Shown here: positions 49,316 through 59,321 of the stretch, piece by piece | How positions within the stretch are numbered: the stretch's first letter is position 1 | Layout: each line of letters opens with the position of its first letter | NCBI GenBank assembly: GCA_963662615.2 | Contig: CAXXSR010000001.1 | Location: 1,664,001 to 1,728,000 of the forward strand | Reading direction: 5' to 3' | DNA length: 64,000 bases | Source of the DNA: Dehalococcoidia bacterium | GTDB lineage: Bacteria > Chloroflexota > Dehalococcoidia > Bin125 | Notes under the pieces: generated by a model | Told to the model about the DNA's origin: nothing | The model's database searches: none | Seen by the model: the letters and a program-made list of their open reading frames with translations, nothing else | Position numbers and translations under genes: made by a program

Positions 49316-50155
49316 GTGCGACTCGAGGGTGTGACCGCGATCATCACGGGGGCAGCCAGCGGCTTCGGCCGCGCCACGGCAGAGCGCTTCGCCCAGGAAG
49401 GTGCGGACGTGGTCGTCGCTGATATCAACGAAGCAGGAGTGCAGGCGACCGCCCAGCGAGTCGTGGATTTGGGTCGCCGTGCCCTTGCCGTTCCCTGCGA
49501 CGTGACTGACCGCGCCAGCGTCCAGCGGCTCGTTGACGACACCGTTTCGGAGTTCGGCAAGCTCGATGTGATGTTCGCCAATGCCGGGATCGTCGAGTCG
49601 ATTCCCTTCCTGGAGATGACGGACGTGGCTTGGGAGACGGTGATGTCCGTAAATCTCGGTGGCGTCTTCCTCTGCGACCAGATCGCCGCTCGTCAAATGG
49701 TCACCCAGGGAAGCGGCGGCGCCATCGTCAACACCTCCAGCCAGCTAGCGGAGTGCGGGGCCCCCATGGCCTCTGCCTATGGCGCCAGCAAGGCCGCGGT
49801 CAAGAACCTCACCAAGTCGGCTGCGATCGCTCTGGCGCCGCACCGCATTCGCGTGAACGCGATTCAACCAGGGCCCATCACCACGAACCTCACCGCTGCC
49901 AGGTATCAGAATCCGCATATCAAAGCGCACGCATTCCAATTCGTCCGCACGCGGCGCCCGGGCGAGGCACGGGACGTCGCCAATGCCGCACTCTTTCTCG
50001 CCTCCGATGAAAGCGGATGGGTGACCGGGCAGTCCATCGTCGTCGACGGCGGCTGGCTACTCAACGCGACCGACGGCACGCCCGAATTTCAGGCCGCCAT
50101 CAGCAAGTACTCCGCGAAGCTCATGGAGGACTGGACCGTCGGCGGCCGGGCCTGA
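49316..50155 (+). CDS. Short-chain dehydrogenase/reductase
   Basis: TGAASGFG, NAGI, YGASK and VDGG motifs. Confidence 0.93.
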   Translation: MRLEGVTAIITGAASGFGRATAERFAQEGADVVVADINEAGVQATAQRVVDLGRRALAVPCDVTDRASVQRLVDDTVSEFGKLDVMFANAGIVESIPFLEMTDVAWETVMSVNLGGVFLCDQIAARQMVTQGSGGAIVNTSSQLAECGAPMASAYGASKAAVKNLTKSAAIALAPHRIRVNAIQPGPITTNLTAARYQNPHIKAHAFQFVRTRRPGEARDVANAALFLASDESGWVTGQSIVVDGGWLLNATDGTPEFQAAISKYSAKLMEDWTVGGRA

Positions 50156-50280
50156 AGCCTGAACCGGCAGCGTCTCGGCTCCAGGGACCGCGCGTCCCAC
50201 GACCCAGCACGATACGATCCGCTGGCAGAGCAGGCCCGGGCTCACTGTCGGACGGTCCTGCCCGGGAAAGAGTGGCGCTG

Positions 50281-51006
50281 ATGGGAACCGAGCGACCTGC
50301 CCCGAAGGTCGGTATCCAGCAATCCTCCGCCACATTCGGGATGGATCTCTTCGCGTTCCTGAACGAACTCCAAGCCAACAACAACCGACCGTGGTTCAAC
50401 GCGAACAAAGAGCGCTACGCGGCGAGCGTACGCGCGCCGGCGCTGGAGTTCATTCGCAACATGGTGCCCAGGATCCGCAGGGTCAGCAAGCATTTGACGG
50501 CCGATGATCGAGGGGTCGGCGGTTCGCTCATGCGCGTACACCGCGACATCCGTTTCTCCCCGGACAAGACGCCGTACAAGACCAACGTCGGGATCCAATT
50601 CCGACACAGCGCCGGCCGCGACGTTCACGCACCGGGGCTGTACGTGCACATCGAGCCGGATGACGTGTTCGTCGCGATGGGGATGTGGCGCCCGGAGCCC
50701 GCCGCCCAGCGGCGCATCCGCGCCAAGCTCCACACGGAACAGGGACGCTGGCGGCGCCTTATCAACGCCAAGCGATTTCGGGAACATTTCACGCTCGCAG
50801 GTGGAACGCTGAAGACAGCGCCACGCGGCTATCGAGCCGATCATCCGCTTATCGAGGATCTCCGTCGCACCGACTATCTCGCCATCGCCGACCTCAGTCC
50901 GGCAGCGGTCGTCAGCAGCGAATTCGAAGAGGTCGTAGCGACCCATCTCAGGACCGGAGCCGTGTTCATGCGCTTCCTCTGCGAGGCCGTGGGCCACCCT
51001 TTCTAA
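50281..51006 (+). CDS. DUF2461 family protein
   Basis: NNNRPWFNANK, MRVHRDIRFSPDKTPYK and LKTAPRGY motifs. Confidence 0.88.
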   Translation: MGTERPAPKVGIQQSSATFGMDLFAFLNELQANNNRPWFNANKERYAASVRAPALEFIRNMVPRIRRVSKHLTADDRGVGGSLMRVHRDIRFSPDKTPYKTNVGIQFRHSAGRDVHAPGLYVHIEPDDVFVAMGMWRPEPAAQRRIRAKLHTEQGRWRRLINAKRFREHFTLAGGTLKTAPRGYRADHPLIEDLRRTDYLAIADLSPAAVVSSEFEEVVATHLRTGAVFMRFLCEAVGHPF

Positions 51007-51167
51007 CCAAGAGCAGGGTCAGATCTCCGCTGATCTGGAATTCCAACTGTCCGCATTGCGGTCGATGGGAGTGGTGTGTGCGTCCCCATGCCGCCACGGC
51101 GCATACGAGCGGTTAGTCCGCGCGTCGCCCCCCGAATCGGCTCTCCCTTGTCAGCGCCACCCCGCGC

Positions 51168-51437
51168 TCACGAGGCGCGCGAATTTCCTTCTCCGGCGAA
51201 GAATCCCGCATCCCGCCACGACGCGATGCCCCCGTCAAGATTGATCAACGCCTCGAAGCCTGTGCGCTCCAGCAACGACACCGCCGTTGCCGTGCGCTGG
51301 CCGCGGGCGCAATAGATGACGAGCGGACGGTCTCGAGGCAGACGGTCGTGCCGTGCCGGAAGCTGCCCCAGCGGCAGCAGGATTGCGCCGGCAATGCGGC
51401 CGGATGCGAACTCATCTGGCTCACGCACGTCGATACT
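51168..51437 (-). CDS. Rhodanese domain without a clear start; truncated, or a frameshifted fusion to the upstream MFS
   Basis: IDVREPDEF..GRIAGA, IYCARGQRT and NLDGGIASW; only a GTG at 51428 lies inside the domain. Confidence 0.65.
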   Translation of the reverse strand, partial: SIDVREPDEFASGRIAGAILLPLGQLPARHDRLPRDRPLVIYCARGQRTATAVSLLERTGFEALINLDGGIASWRDAGFFAGEGNSRAS

Positions 51438-52689
51438 CGTCGCGCCGTCCCAGCAGCTGCGCCGCAATGAGCCCGGAGGCGGCGGTGAGCGCCGCCACCG
51501 CGTAGATAGCGATCGCAAAGCCGAAGAGGTCCGCCAGCACGCCGGCGAGGAGCGCGCCCACGACCGTGCCGGAGTCGCGCCAGAAGCGGTACACGCCCAG
51601 CGCATTCGCTCGCTCCTTCGGGGCCACGGCGTCGCCCACGGCCGCGAGCAACGTCGGGTACACCAGCGCGGTGCCCGCACCCAGCAGGAGCAGCGCCGGC
51701 AGCCAGATCCCAAATGACGAGCCAGCGCCGATCCACGCGATCGCAGTCGCTTGCAGCAACATCCCGCTGACGATCGGCCCGCGCCGGCCCAGCCGATCGC
51801 TCGCCCAGCCGGTCGGGATCTGCAAGGCCCCCCAAACCAGAGGGTAGGCGGCGGCAAGGATGGCGATCTCGCCCAGCGCGAGCCCGCGGCTGGCGAAGAA
51901 GAGCGGGAGCAGCGCCCACGCCATCCCGTCGTTCAGGTTCTTGACCAACCCTGCCTGCGAGAGCGCGACGAGGTCGCGGCGCCGCCAGCTCGCCTCCGCG
52001 AAGCTGCGCGCCAGGGAGCTACCTCGCCCGGCGACCGCCGAGGCCCGCGCCTCCAGCGCCACGAACCCGGTCGTGTCACGTACGAACAGCGCACTGAACG
52101 CGAGCCCCAGCGCCGCGAACCCTACGCCCAGGTAGAACGGCTCCGGCCGTACGCCCCATGACTGGGCGATCAGGCCGGTGAGGAATGCCGCGACGGCCAC
52201 CGCAGCGTAGCCGGCGGTTTCGTTCGCCCCGATCGCCAGGCCGCGACGCCGCGGGCCCACCAAGTCGACCTTCATATTCACGGTCATGGACCAGGTCAGC
52301 CCTTGGTTGATGCCCAGCAGCACATTGGCTCCCACAACCCAGCTCCAACTCGGAGCCCAGATCAGTAACAGCGGTACCGGCAGGCCGACCAGCCAGCCGG
52401 CGATCAGCACCCGTCGACGTGTCGTCCGGGTAGCGAGGTGTCCGGCCCAGAGGTTGGTGAGCGCCTTGGCACCGCCGAAACTCGCCACGAACGTGACCAC
52501 GACAACGCTGGAGGTGATGCCGAACTCGACCTCGGCGAGCAGCGGCACGATCGTGCGCTCCTGCCCCACCATCCCGCCAACGAATGCGTTGACGGCAACG
52601 AGCAGCGCGAACTGGCGCCAGTTGGCACGCAGCCCGAGCGCAGGTCGCGCGGGTGGGTGGTCGGGAAGGGGTGCCGCTCGCGCGCTCAT
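51421..52689 (-). CDS. MFS transporter
   Basis: About 12 TM helices; GWASDRLGRR, GQERTIVPL and GVYRFWRD motifs. Confidence 0.9.
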   Translation of the reverse strand: MSARAAPLPDHPPARPALGLRANWRQFALLVAVNAFVGGMVGQERTIVPLLAEVEFGITSSVVVVTFVASFGGAKALTNLWAGHLATRTTRRRVLIAGWLVGLPVPLLLIWAPSWSWVVGANVLLGINQGLTWSMTVNMKVDLVGPRRRGLAIGANETAGYAAVAVAAFLTGLIAQSWGVRPEPFYLGVGFAALGLAFSALFVRDTTGFVALEARASAVAGRGSSLARSFAEASWRRRDLVALSQAGLVKNLNDGMAWALLPLFFASRGLALGEIAILAAAYPLVWGALQIPTGWASDRLGRRGPIVSGMLLQATAIAWIGAGSSFGIWLPALLLLGAGTALVYPTLLAAVGDAVAPKERANALGVYRFWRDSGTVVGALLAGVLADLFGFAIAIYAVAALTAASGLIAAQLLGRRDEYRRA

Positions 52690-52793
52690 CGCCGCAGACG
52701 CGCCGCGCCGCGAGCTGCCTACAGACGAAGGACGGCAGGCATCAGTTCGTGACCGTGGGGGTCACTGCCGAGCCCGAGAGGCGGCCGCGCCGA

Positions 52794-54479
52794 CTACGAA
52801 CTCGTCGCTCTCTCTGATTCTTCCACTGGGACGATCTCGATGTCGTCGCGGAGCGCTTCGATCGGATCCCCCTCGCCCGCGCTTGCTCGCTCCGCTTCCA
52901 GGCCCAGGGCGCTCGCGAGGCGGCGGTACGCTTCAAGCGAGTCGCCGTACTTCCGATGCCCCGCAGTGTGGTTCGCGCAGGCCAGCAAGAGCGTGTCGGC
53001 GTCCTCCGACTTCACATGCTGGTAATCCTCCAGCAGGCAGAGGCCGATCTCCTGGTTGTGCGGGTCGTTCCCATGCTTCGCCGCGCCGAACGCCAGGGCC
53101 TCAATCAACGGCCGACGCTCGTAGCCGGCCTCCAGGTAGGCCCGCGTCCAAGCCACGCTCTGCTCCCGGTCCAGCGCCACCATCGCCGCCTCTAGCCGAT
53201 GCAGGATCGCGTCCCGTGACAGCGCATCGGCGCCGTCCGGGACGGTGACGATCGCGCGGCCGTGGCCGGGCATGTTCCGCGCCCAATGCGCGCACTGGTG
53301 GATGAAGGAACCGGCAACGTACAGCAGCTTCACCCGATGTGGGTGCTCGAACGTCTCGTAGAACCAGCGCAGCGTGTTCGTGTACTCGTAGCCGTGCTGT
53401 GGCATGGAGAAGTTGTCGGGCTGCGCCGTCTCCAAAATCACACGGGCCGCCGCGATCTGAATTGCGTCAAGGATCCGCTGCGGAGCCCGCCCCGCCTTGA
53501 GCAGCCGCGTGATCTGCTCAATGTAGGCCGGCTCCGGCGCCTTCGTGATCGCCTCGATGAGAGACTCCGTCTCCGGCGCCGTCAGCGGCGCGGCGTTGGC
53601 GAAGAGCTCGGCATCGCGGCGGCTCTGCCGTGTCGGCTCCTTCCTCGACGCGGGCGGCTCATCCTCCAGCTCGTACATGGCCACTTGGCACGCCATCTCG
53701 TACGCGGAGTGCCAATGCGGTCCCACCGCCAGATCGGGCACGCCCGCGTAGATCACGTGCCGCGCCCGGTCCCAGCCGATCGCCCGGCCCAGCTCCACGG
53801 TCGCCCGAGCCCGGAAGGCCTTGTGCCCCGTGGTGTACGAGGTGTTCCACAACATGCGGTCCTGGACGTCAATGAGGCCGGCGAAGACAAGTTGCGCTAG
53901 CAGCTCGTCCCGATGCTCCACCTCGTCGAATAGGCCCAGGAACACGCGATAGGCTCGTTGGACCTCGCCCTGCTGGACGAGCGTCAGCCACTCGTTCAGC
54001 CCCTCCTGGAACTCCAGCTCCAGATACAGCGGCTCCTCATCCGGCCAGTGGCATTCGGGCGCGGGGAACTTTTCATCGCCCTGCGCCGATCGCGGTCCAC
54101 GACGGGCGTAGTGACCCGGCATCTTCCCCAGCAGTTGGTTCCAGGGATCGAGGCCCGTTGGCACGTACCAGACCGTCTGGGCCAGCGGCAATGCGCGGTA
54201 CGCCTCAGGTATGAAGCGCCGCAGTCGCAGGGTCGCCGACGCGCTCAGCAGGCAGTGATCGTTGTTGACGAAGCGGAACATCCCACCGTCGATGCGTTGG
54301 TGATAGGGCATGTGGGTGTAGGGGGCGTGGACCCGAACCGTCTCGCTCAGGATCTCTGTGACCGAGCTGCCCGCGGCCAGGAGGTCATACACCACGGTGC
54401 TCGCGCCTATCTGATCCCGGTCCAGAATCCGCGCCTCGAGATCGGCGTACGCGCCTTGAGCTAGGCTATCGTCGTTCAT
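52794..54479 (-). CDS. Conserved hypothetical all-helical protein with four His-containing repeats
   Basis: 561 aa from ATG 54479; motifs NNDHCLL, TTGHKAF, MPQHGYE and NDPHNQE. Confidence 0.7.
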   Translation of the reverse strand: MNDDSLAQGAYADLEARILDRDQIGASTVVYDLLAAGSSVTEILSETVRVHAPYTHMPYHQRIDGGMFRFVNNDHCLLSASATLRLRRFIPEAYRALPLAQTVWYVPTGLDPWNQLLGKMPGHYARRGPRSAQGDEKFPAPECHWPDEEPLYLELEFQEGLNEWLTLVQQGEVQRAYRVFLGLFDEVEHRDELLAQLVFAGLIDVQDRMLWNTSYTTGHKAFRARATVELGRAIGWDRARHVIYAGVPDLAVGPHWHSAYEMACQVAMYELEDEPPASRKEPTRQSRRDAELFANAAPLTAPETESLIEAITKAPEPAYIEQITRLLKAGRAPQRILDAIQIAAARVILETAQPDNFSMPQHGYEYTNTLRWFYETFEHPHRVKLLYVAGSFIHQCAHWARNMPGHGRAIVTVPDGADALSRDAILHRLEAAMVALDREQSVAWTRAYLEAGYERRPLIEALAFGAAKHGNDPHNQEIGLCLLEDYQHVKSEDADTLLLACANHTAGHRKYGDSLEAYRRLASALGLEAERASAGEGDPIEALRDDIEIVPVEESERATSS

Positions 54480-54678
54480 GGGCTGCGTCTCCAAGCTCTG
54501 CTCCGCCCACGCCCCGGCGCAGCGTCCGCCTTGCGGCCGCGGCGCGGGCCGTCCACCATGATCTCGCGCCCAGTCTCTCTCGACACGCCTGTGTTGGCAA
54601 TGGTACGGCCTTCTGATCGAGTCTGAGCGGCAGACGGCGACCTGACGATGGAGCCAACCGGGACCGGCTCCGGCACCC

Positions 54679-56766
54679 TCACCTGATTGCCGTGCGAACC
54701 AAGATGAGTTGGTCGGCGGCGGACTCGGGCGCCCAGACCTCCCCGGGCCGGCCGAGGATCTGGCGAACGTTCCCCGGAGTGCTGGGGAGGGGAAGGGTGG
54801 TGAAGGACTCGGTCCCAGGATCGAAGCGGTGGAGCGCGTTGCCACCGAAATCGCTCACCCAGATGATGTCGTCGGCGTCCACGAAGACCGCGTAGGCCTT
54901 TGCTGCTTCGCCGGGAAGCGGCCACTCCTGCCACGTCTCATCTGCCGGGTCAAAGCGGGCGAGTTGACCGGCGTTCCATTCGCTGACCCAGATGCGGCCC
55001 AGGGAGTCGGACCAGACGCGACGCGCCCCTTGGTTCGGCGTAGGCGGCTCGAGCACAGTGACCGCTCCAGATTCGAGATCGATGCGGCCCAGGTAACTCC
55101 CGGCGAGGGAAGCGAAATAGACTTGGCCGTCCGGCGTATTGGTGATTCCGTAGGGGCCCCGGCCGCGCGGCGTATCGAAGACGTCCATGTCGCCGGTTGC
55201 GGGATCGAGCCGACCAATGACTCCGTTTTGGCCCGTGAACCAGATGCGCCCCTCGCCATCGAACGTCGCCGTATTGAGATTGGCGCCGGATCTGTCGGCG
55301 GGGAGGGGAAACACCTCGACGGCATCGGTCTCTGGATCGACGCGGACGATGGCATTGAGGCCGCCGTCCGTGATCCAGGGGGCGCCGTCGGGGCCGACGA
55401 TCACGCCGTGCGGGCGCGAGCCGGCGCCGAGAGGGATATGGCGGGTAGCGCCGGTGACGGGATCGAGCCAGCCCAGCGCTCCCGCCCCTTGGGCGGCGTA
55501 CCAGACGCCGCCGTCGGCGGCCGGGGCCACATCATGCGGCCGCGATCCCGCCGGGACGGGGAACGCGTCGATCACCAGCTCCTCGGCCGGGATCGGAGAC
55601 AGCGCCCGCGCCTGGGGAGCGGCCGTCCCCGCCGGGAGGAACTTGTGCACCACGTTGTTCCCGGTATCGGCGAGATAGATGGCCCCGTCCAGGCCGGTGG
55701 CGGTGCCGTGGGGGAAGCGCAAAGGGGCGTCGGAGGGGAAGAGCCCGAGCCGACTTCCCTCCGCGTCGAAGGCTAGGACCTGGCCGTCGCCGGGACCGGC
55801 GAGGTACCAACCGCCGCCCGGGATCGCTGAGATGATCTGCGGGTCGGACAGTCCGAGGTCGTCGTAGATCGCCAGCGGCTCGCCCTCCGGGCTGAACTTC
55901 TGCACGCGCTTGTTGCCCGTATCGACGACCAAGACGTTGCCGTTCACGTCCAGATCGAGCCCGATCGGGCGGAGCAGCTGCCCCGGCGCGGACCCGCGTT
56001 CTGCGAAGCTGAAGAGGAACACACCCGCGGTCGTGAACACTTGGACGCGGTTGTTGCCGAAGTCCGCAACGTACACGCGGCCGTCAGAGCTGATGTCGAT
56101 ACCCATCGCGGACAGGAACTGTCCAGGTCCGTTCCCGTCCCTCCCCCAGCTCGTGACCAGCTCCCCGTCCGCAGTGAATTTTTGCACCCGGTGCGCGCCC
56201 GACTCCGCCACGTAGACGAAGCCATCCGCGTCTACGGCGATCCCCGTCGGGGCCAGGAGTTGCCCGGGCTCCGAGCCCGTACAGCCCCAGCGCGCCAGCT
56301 CGTCGCCGTCGGGGGCGAACTTGAAGACGCGGCCGCCGCTAAACTCGGTCAGATAGACGTTGCCGTCGGGCCCGATGTCGATCTGGTTCGGCCTGTCGAA
56401 GTCGCCGTTCTCGCCCCACACGGCGACCTGCACAATGTCGAGCGCCGGGAGAACCTGCGCCCGCGCGGGCTCCGCGGCTTCCTCCGCTTCCTCCGCTTCC
56501 TCCGCTTCCTCCGCGTCCGCCCCGGGCGCTGTGGTCTCGGCTACGTTCGTGGTGCCCGCCGACGTGTCATCCTCCGCTTGCTCCGCGTCGATCGGCTGAG
56601 ACTCGTCGCTCGGTGTCGCCTGTGCAGCCGGGGCTGCCGGAGGCTTCGGCTCGCTGCCGGAGCCTCCGCAGGCGGCCGTAAGTAGCGCAACGAGGGCCAT
56701 CGCCCCGACGAGCGGACCCAGCCTTCCCTCCCCAAGCCGGCTCAAGGCTCTTTGCACGTCTAACAT
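54679..56766 (-). CDS. Lipoprotein with an NHL-repeat beta-propeller and a Vgb (virginiamycin B lyase)-like propeller
   Basis: Lipobox TAAC; NHL repeats (VYVADFGNNRVQVF); Vgb-like PHDVAPAADGGVWY, PHGVIVGPDG and LNTATFD. Confidence 0.85.
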   Translation of the reverse strand: MLDVQRALSRLGEGRLGPLVGAMALVALLTAACGGSGSEPKPPAAPAAQATPSDESQPIDAEQAEDDTSAGTTNVAETTAPGADAEEAEEAEEAEEAAEPARAQVLPALDIVQVAVWGENGDFDRPNQIDIGPDGNVYLTEFSGGRVFKFAPDGDELARWGCTGSEPGQLLAPTGIAVDADGFVYVAESGAHRVQKFTADGELVTSWGRDGNGPGQFLSAMGIDISSDGRVYVADFGNNRVQVFTTAGVFLFSFAERGSAPGQLLRPIGLDLDVNGNVLVVDTGNKRVQKFSPEGEPLAIYDDLGLSDPQIISAIPGGGWYLAGPGDGQVLAFDAEGSRLGLFPSDAPLRFPHGTATGLDGAIYLADTGNNVVHKFLPAGTAAPQARALSPIPAEELVIDAFPVPAGSRPHDVAPAADGGVWYAAQGAGALGWLDPVTGATRHIPLGAGSRPHGVIVGPDGAPWITDGGLNAIVRVDPETDAVEVFPLPADRSGANLNTATFDGEGRIWFTGQNGVIGRLDPATGDMDVFDTPRGRGPYGITNTPDGQVYFASLAGSYLGRIDLESGAVTVLEPPTPNQGARRVWSDSLGRIWVSEWNAGQLARFDPADETWQEWPLPGEAAKAYAVFVDADDIIWVSDFGGNALHRFDPGTESFTTLPLPSTPGNVRQILGRPGEVWAPESAADQLILVRTAIR
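56478..56513. repeat. Tandem 9-bp repeat (CTTCCTCCG)x4 encoding an AEE linker
   Basis: Four perfect units within the lipoprotein linker. Confidence 0.85.
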
Positions 56767-57788
56767 CGCGCCGCCGCACCCGTCGCCGAGTCCGGCGGGC
56801 TGCCCGCGGCGAGGCGGTACGCATAGTCCATGGCGGAGGTCATATTGGCCGGGTTGGCGATCCCCTGGCCGGCGATGTCGAATGCCGTGCCGTGATCCAC
56901 GGAGGTGCGGATGATGGGCAAGCCGACGGTGACGTTGACGCCTTCGTCGAACGCCAACAGTTTCATCGGCACGTGTCCCTGGTCGTGGTACATCACGACG
57001 ACGACGTCCCAGCGGCCCTCATAGGCCTGGCGGATTGCGGCATCGGCCGGCAGCGGCCCCGCGACTTGCATTCCCTCGCGCACGGCCTCTTCGCAGGCGG
57101 GGCGGATTTCATCTTCGTCCTCGTTGCCGAAGAGCCGGGATTCGCCCGCGTGGGGGTTCAAGCCGCAGACTCCGATCCCGGGTTCCGGGACGCCGAGTTG
57201 TTTGAGGTGGTGGTGCGCAGCCCTGATCGTCTCGAGGATGCGTTCGCGCTTGACCATCTTGACCGCCTGGGCAATGGAGACGTGGGTGCTGACATGGATG
57301 ACGCGGAGCTTCGGGGAGCCCAAGAGCATGAAGTAGTTGCGCGTGCCACAGAGATGTCCGAGGAGGCCGGTGTGCCCGTCAAACTTGTGGCCGGCGACGT
57401 GCAGGGCCTCTTTGTTCAGCGGAGCCGTGACGATTGCGTCGATGCCGCCGGCGAGGGCGAGCTCTGCGGCGCGCACGACGTACTGGTAGGCCGCTTCGCC
57501 GTGGTAGGCCGCAACCTTTCCGGTCTGGACCCGCAAAGGGTCGCAGTTTTCGATGTGCACCACATCGATCGAGCCTTTTTGCGGCGAAGCATCGGCGGGG
57601 TCGCCAATCGCGCGGACGGTCCAGCCGGGAACCCACGCCTCCGCCGCTCCCCGCACCACGCGGGCGTCGCCTACGACCAGAGGGCGGGAGCGCTGGCGCT
57701 CAATTTCTCCCGGCAGCGCCTTGACGGTGACTTCGGGGCCGATCCCCGCCGGGTCACCAATGGTTATGCCGATGACGGGATGGGTCAT
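56760..57788 (-). CDS. pdxA: PdxA family dehydrogenase (probably PdxA2, four-carbon acid sugar catabolism)
   Basis: GDPAGIGPE, GHT, NPHAGE, MYHDQG and RTSVDHGTAFDIAG; adjacent to a DUF1537 kinase. Confidence 0.92.
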   Translation of the reverse strand: MTHPVIGITIGDPAGIGPEVTVKALPGEIERQRSRPLVVGDARVVRGAAEAWVPGWTVRAIGDPADASPQKGSIDVVHIENCDPLRVQTGKVAAYHGEAAYQYVVRAAELALAGGIDAIVTAPLNKEALHVAGHKFDGHTGLLGHLCGTRNYFMLLGSPKLRVIHVSTHVSIAQAVKMVKRERILETIRAAHHHLKQLGVPEPGIGVCGLNPHAGESRLFGNEDEDEIRPACEEAVREGMQVAGPLPADAAIRQAYEGRWDVVVVMYHDQGHVPMKLLAFDEGVNVTVGLPIIRTSVDHGTAFDIAGQGIANPANMTSAMDYAYRLAAGSPPDSATGAAARC

Positions 57789-59083
57789 CTTGGTGTGTTC
57801 GGCAGGGATCCCAGGTAGGTGAGCAGCCTGGAGATGGTGTGGTCGTCTCCGAATGCCCCGGCTTTGGTGGCAATCACGGTGCCGTCAAGCTCACCGCCGT
57901 CGATGATGCCGGCCGGTACTCCCGGCAATGGCTCGGCGCGGAGAACGATACCACGAGCACGAACGGCGGCCAGGACTCCCAGAGCAGTATCTCCGCCAAT
58001 GATGACCAGTGCCGCGGGTGGCCTGCTCAAGAGCGAGGGACCGATCAGGCGACCCAACATTTCGGTGAGGCGGCTGGCGCCCGTCCGCATCGCCTGTGGT
58101 GAGATGCTGGTGGAGGGGAACGTGAGCCGCGCCCGCATGGCCGAGGGCCTGGGTGCGGGAGCAGATCGCCCGTCGGGATCAGGAGCATCGTCGCCGTCGA
58201 CGGTGACGTTGCCGGACGCGTCCATCGTGAATCGGATCGTGTGAACGGTGAGGCCGTGCGAGTCTTCCGCGGCGGAGAGTTGGCGGTCAACCAAGTCTCG
58301 CTGACTGGCCGTGACGACGAGCACTTGCCCACTCTCGGGCGCCGGGTTCGGTGGCGTGGCCGGCGCGGGAGAGGCAGGAACCTGGCGTGCGAGCGCGGCC
58401 GCGAGGCCGGCAGAGCCGGCGAACAAGATCTTCCCGCCATCCGCCGCAAGTCCGGCGGCGGCGAGTGCTGTGAGGTCGCTTTCGGTTTCTGCGTCGCAGA
58501 CGAGCACTGAGCTGGCGCTGTCGGCGGCAGAGGCAAGGATGGCCGGCAGCCGCGCAGAGCGGACGTCGGCCAGGGGCAGCTCAGTGACCGGCAGAGAGCA
58601 GTCCAGGCGCAGGACATCGGCGACCCTGTCGAACGGCACTGGCGAGAGCGGGTCTTTGCCGACATCGGTTTCGGTCACAAGTCTGCCATCCACGCGAAGG
58701 AGGCCACCGGAAACGGTCCGCCCGTTTTCCGGGAAGGCAGGGGTTGCCACGGTGCATTTCGCCCCCAGTGCCCGGGCGGCGGCGGCGATCTCACAGCCCG
58801 GGTGGCCGCGCATCGTGGAGTCGACTTTTACGTAGGTGACGGCAGGCTGCAGCGCGGCGACTGTCGCGGCCGACGCGGCGGCTACGGGCCCGGCTTGGTT
58901 GGGTGGGAGACGGCGAGTGTCCAGGTTGAGCGAAAGAGCGCCTCGTGGGGTGGGAGGGAGTTCGGGGCCGATTGCGACATACACCGGGTGCGCCCTGCCC
59001 AGAAACGTGGCCGCGCAGTCGACGGCGCCGGTGAGGTCGTCTGCCAGCACTGCGATATTGAGCCTGTCATCAGTGTCGGCCAT
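57785..59083 (-). CDS. Four-carbon acid sugar kinase (DUF1537 family)
   Basis: ADDLTGA, KVDSTMRG, PAFPENGR, GSAGLA, GGDTA and TKAGAFG motifs. Confidence 0.9.
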   Translation of the reverse strand: MADTDDRLNIAVLADDLTGAVDCAATFLGRAHPVYVAIGPELPPTPRGALSLNLDTRRLPPNQAGPVAAASAATVAALQPAVTYVKVDSTMRGHPGCEIAAAARALGAKCTVATPAFPENGRTVSGGLLRVDGRLVTETDVGKDPLSPVPFDRVADVLRLDCSLPVTELPLADVRSARLPAILASAADSASSVLVCDAETESDLTALAAAGLAADGGKILFAGSAGLAAALARQVPASPAPATPPNPAPESGQVLVVTASQRDLVDRQLSAAEDSHGLTVHTIRFTMDASGNVTVDGDDAPDPDGRSAPAPRPSAMRARLTFPSTSISPQAMRTGASRLTEMLGRLIGPSLLSRPPAALVIIGGDTALGVLAAVRARGIVLRAEPLPGVPAGIIDGGELDGTVIATKAGAFGDDHTISRLLTYLGSLPNTPR

Positions 59084-59099
59084 GCGCATAAGTTATACG

Positions 59100-59285
59100 G
59101 CGTGCCGGTCCACTCATGGCAGCGACACCGGCAGGATCGACAGAAGCATCTTCCCCAGCCCCAGGCCGAGCAGTGCTTCCGCCAGGAGTGTGCGCCATGT
59201 GCCGGAGGGTTCGTTCATGGCGTCTCCTCGTCGCACTTGGGACGAGGCGAGGGTGCGCGGTCCAGCACCGAGATCCGCCAGAGCC
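59100..59285 (-). mobile_element. Decayed IS6-derived remnant related to the element at 63092
   Basis: Minus strand begins GGCTCTGGCGGATC (11/14 match to the IR at 63092), shares the exact 16-mer GCGACGAGGAGACGCC, and has ATG at nearly the same offset (67 vs 68 nt). Confidence 0.5.
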
Positions 59286-59321
59286 AACGACCTCTGGTCG
59301 GGCGCATACAATTGAGAAGCG

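Noticed and set aside
59114-59218. 34-aa hydrophobic small protein with a strong RBS
   Set aside because: Its RBS and start match the IS6 remnant at 63092, so it is better explained as a decayed element.
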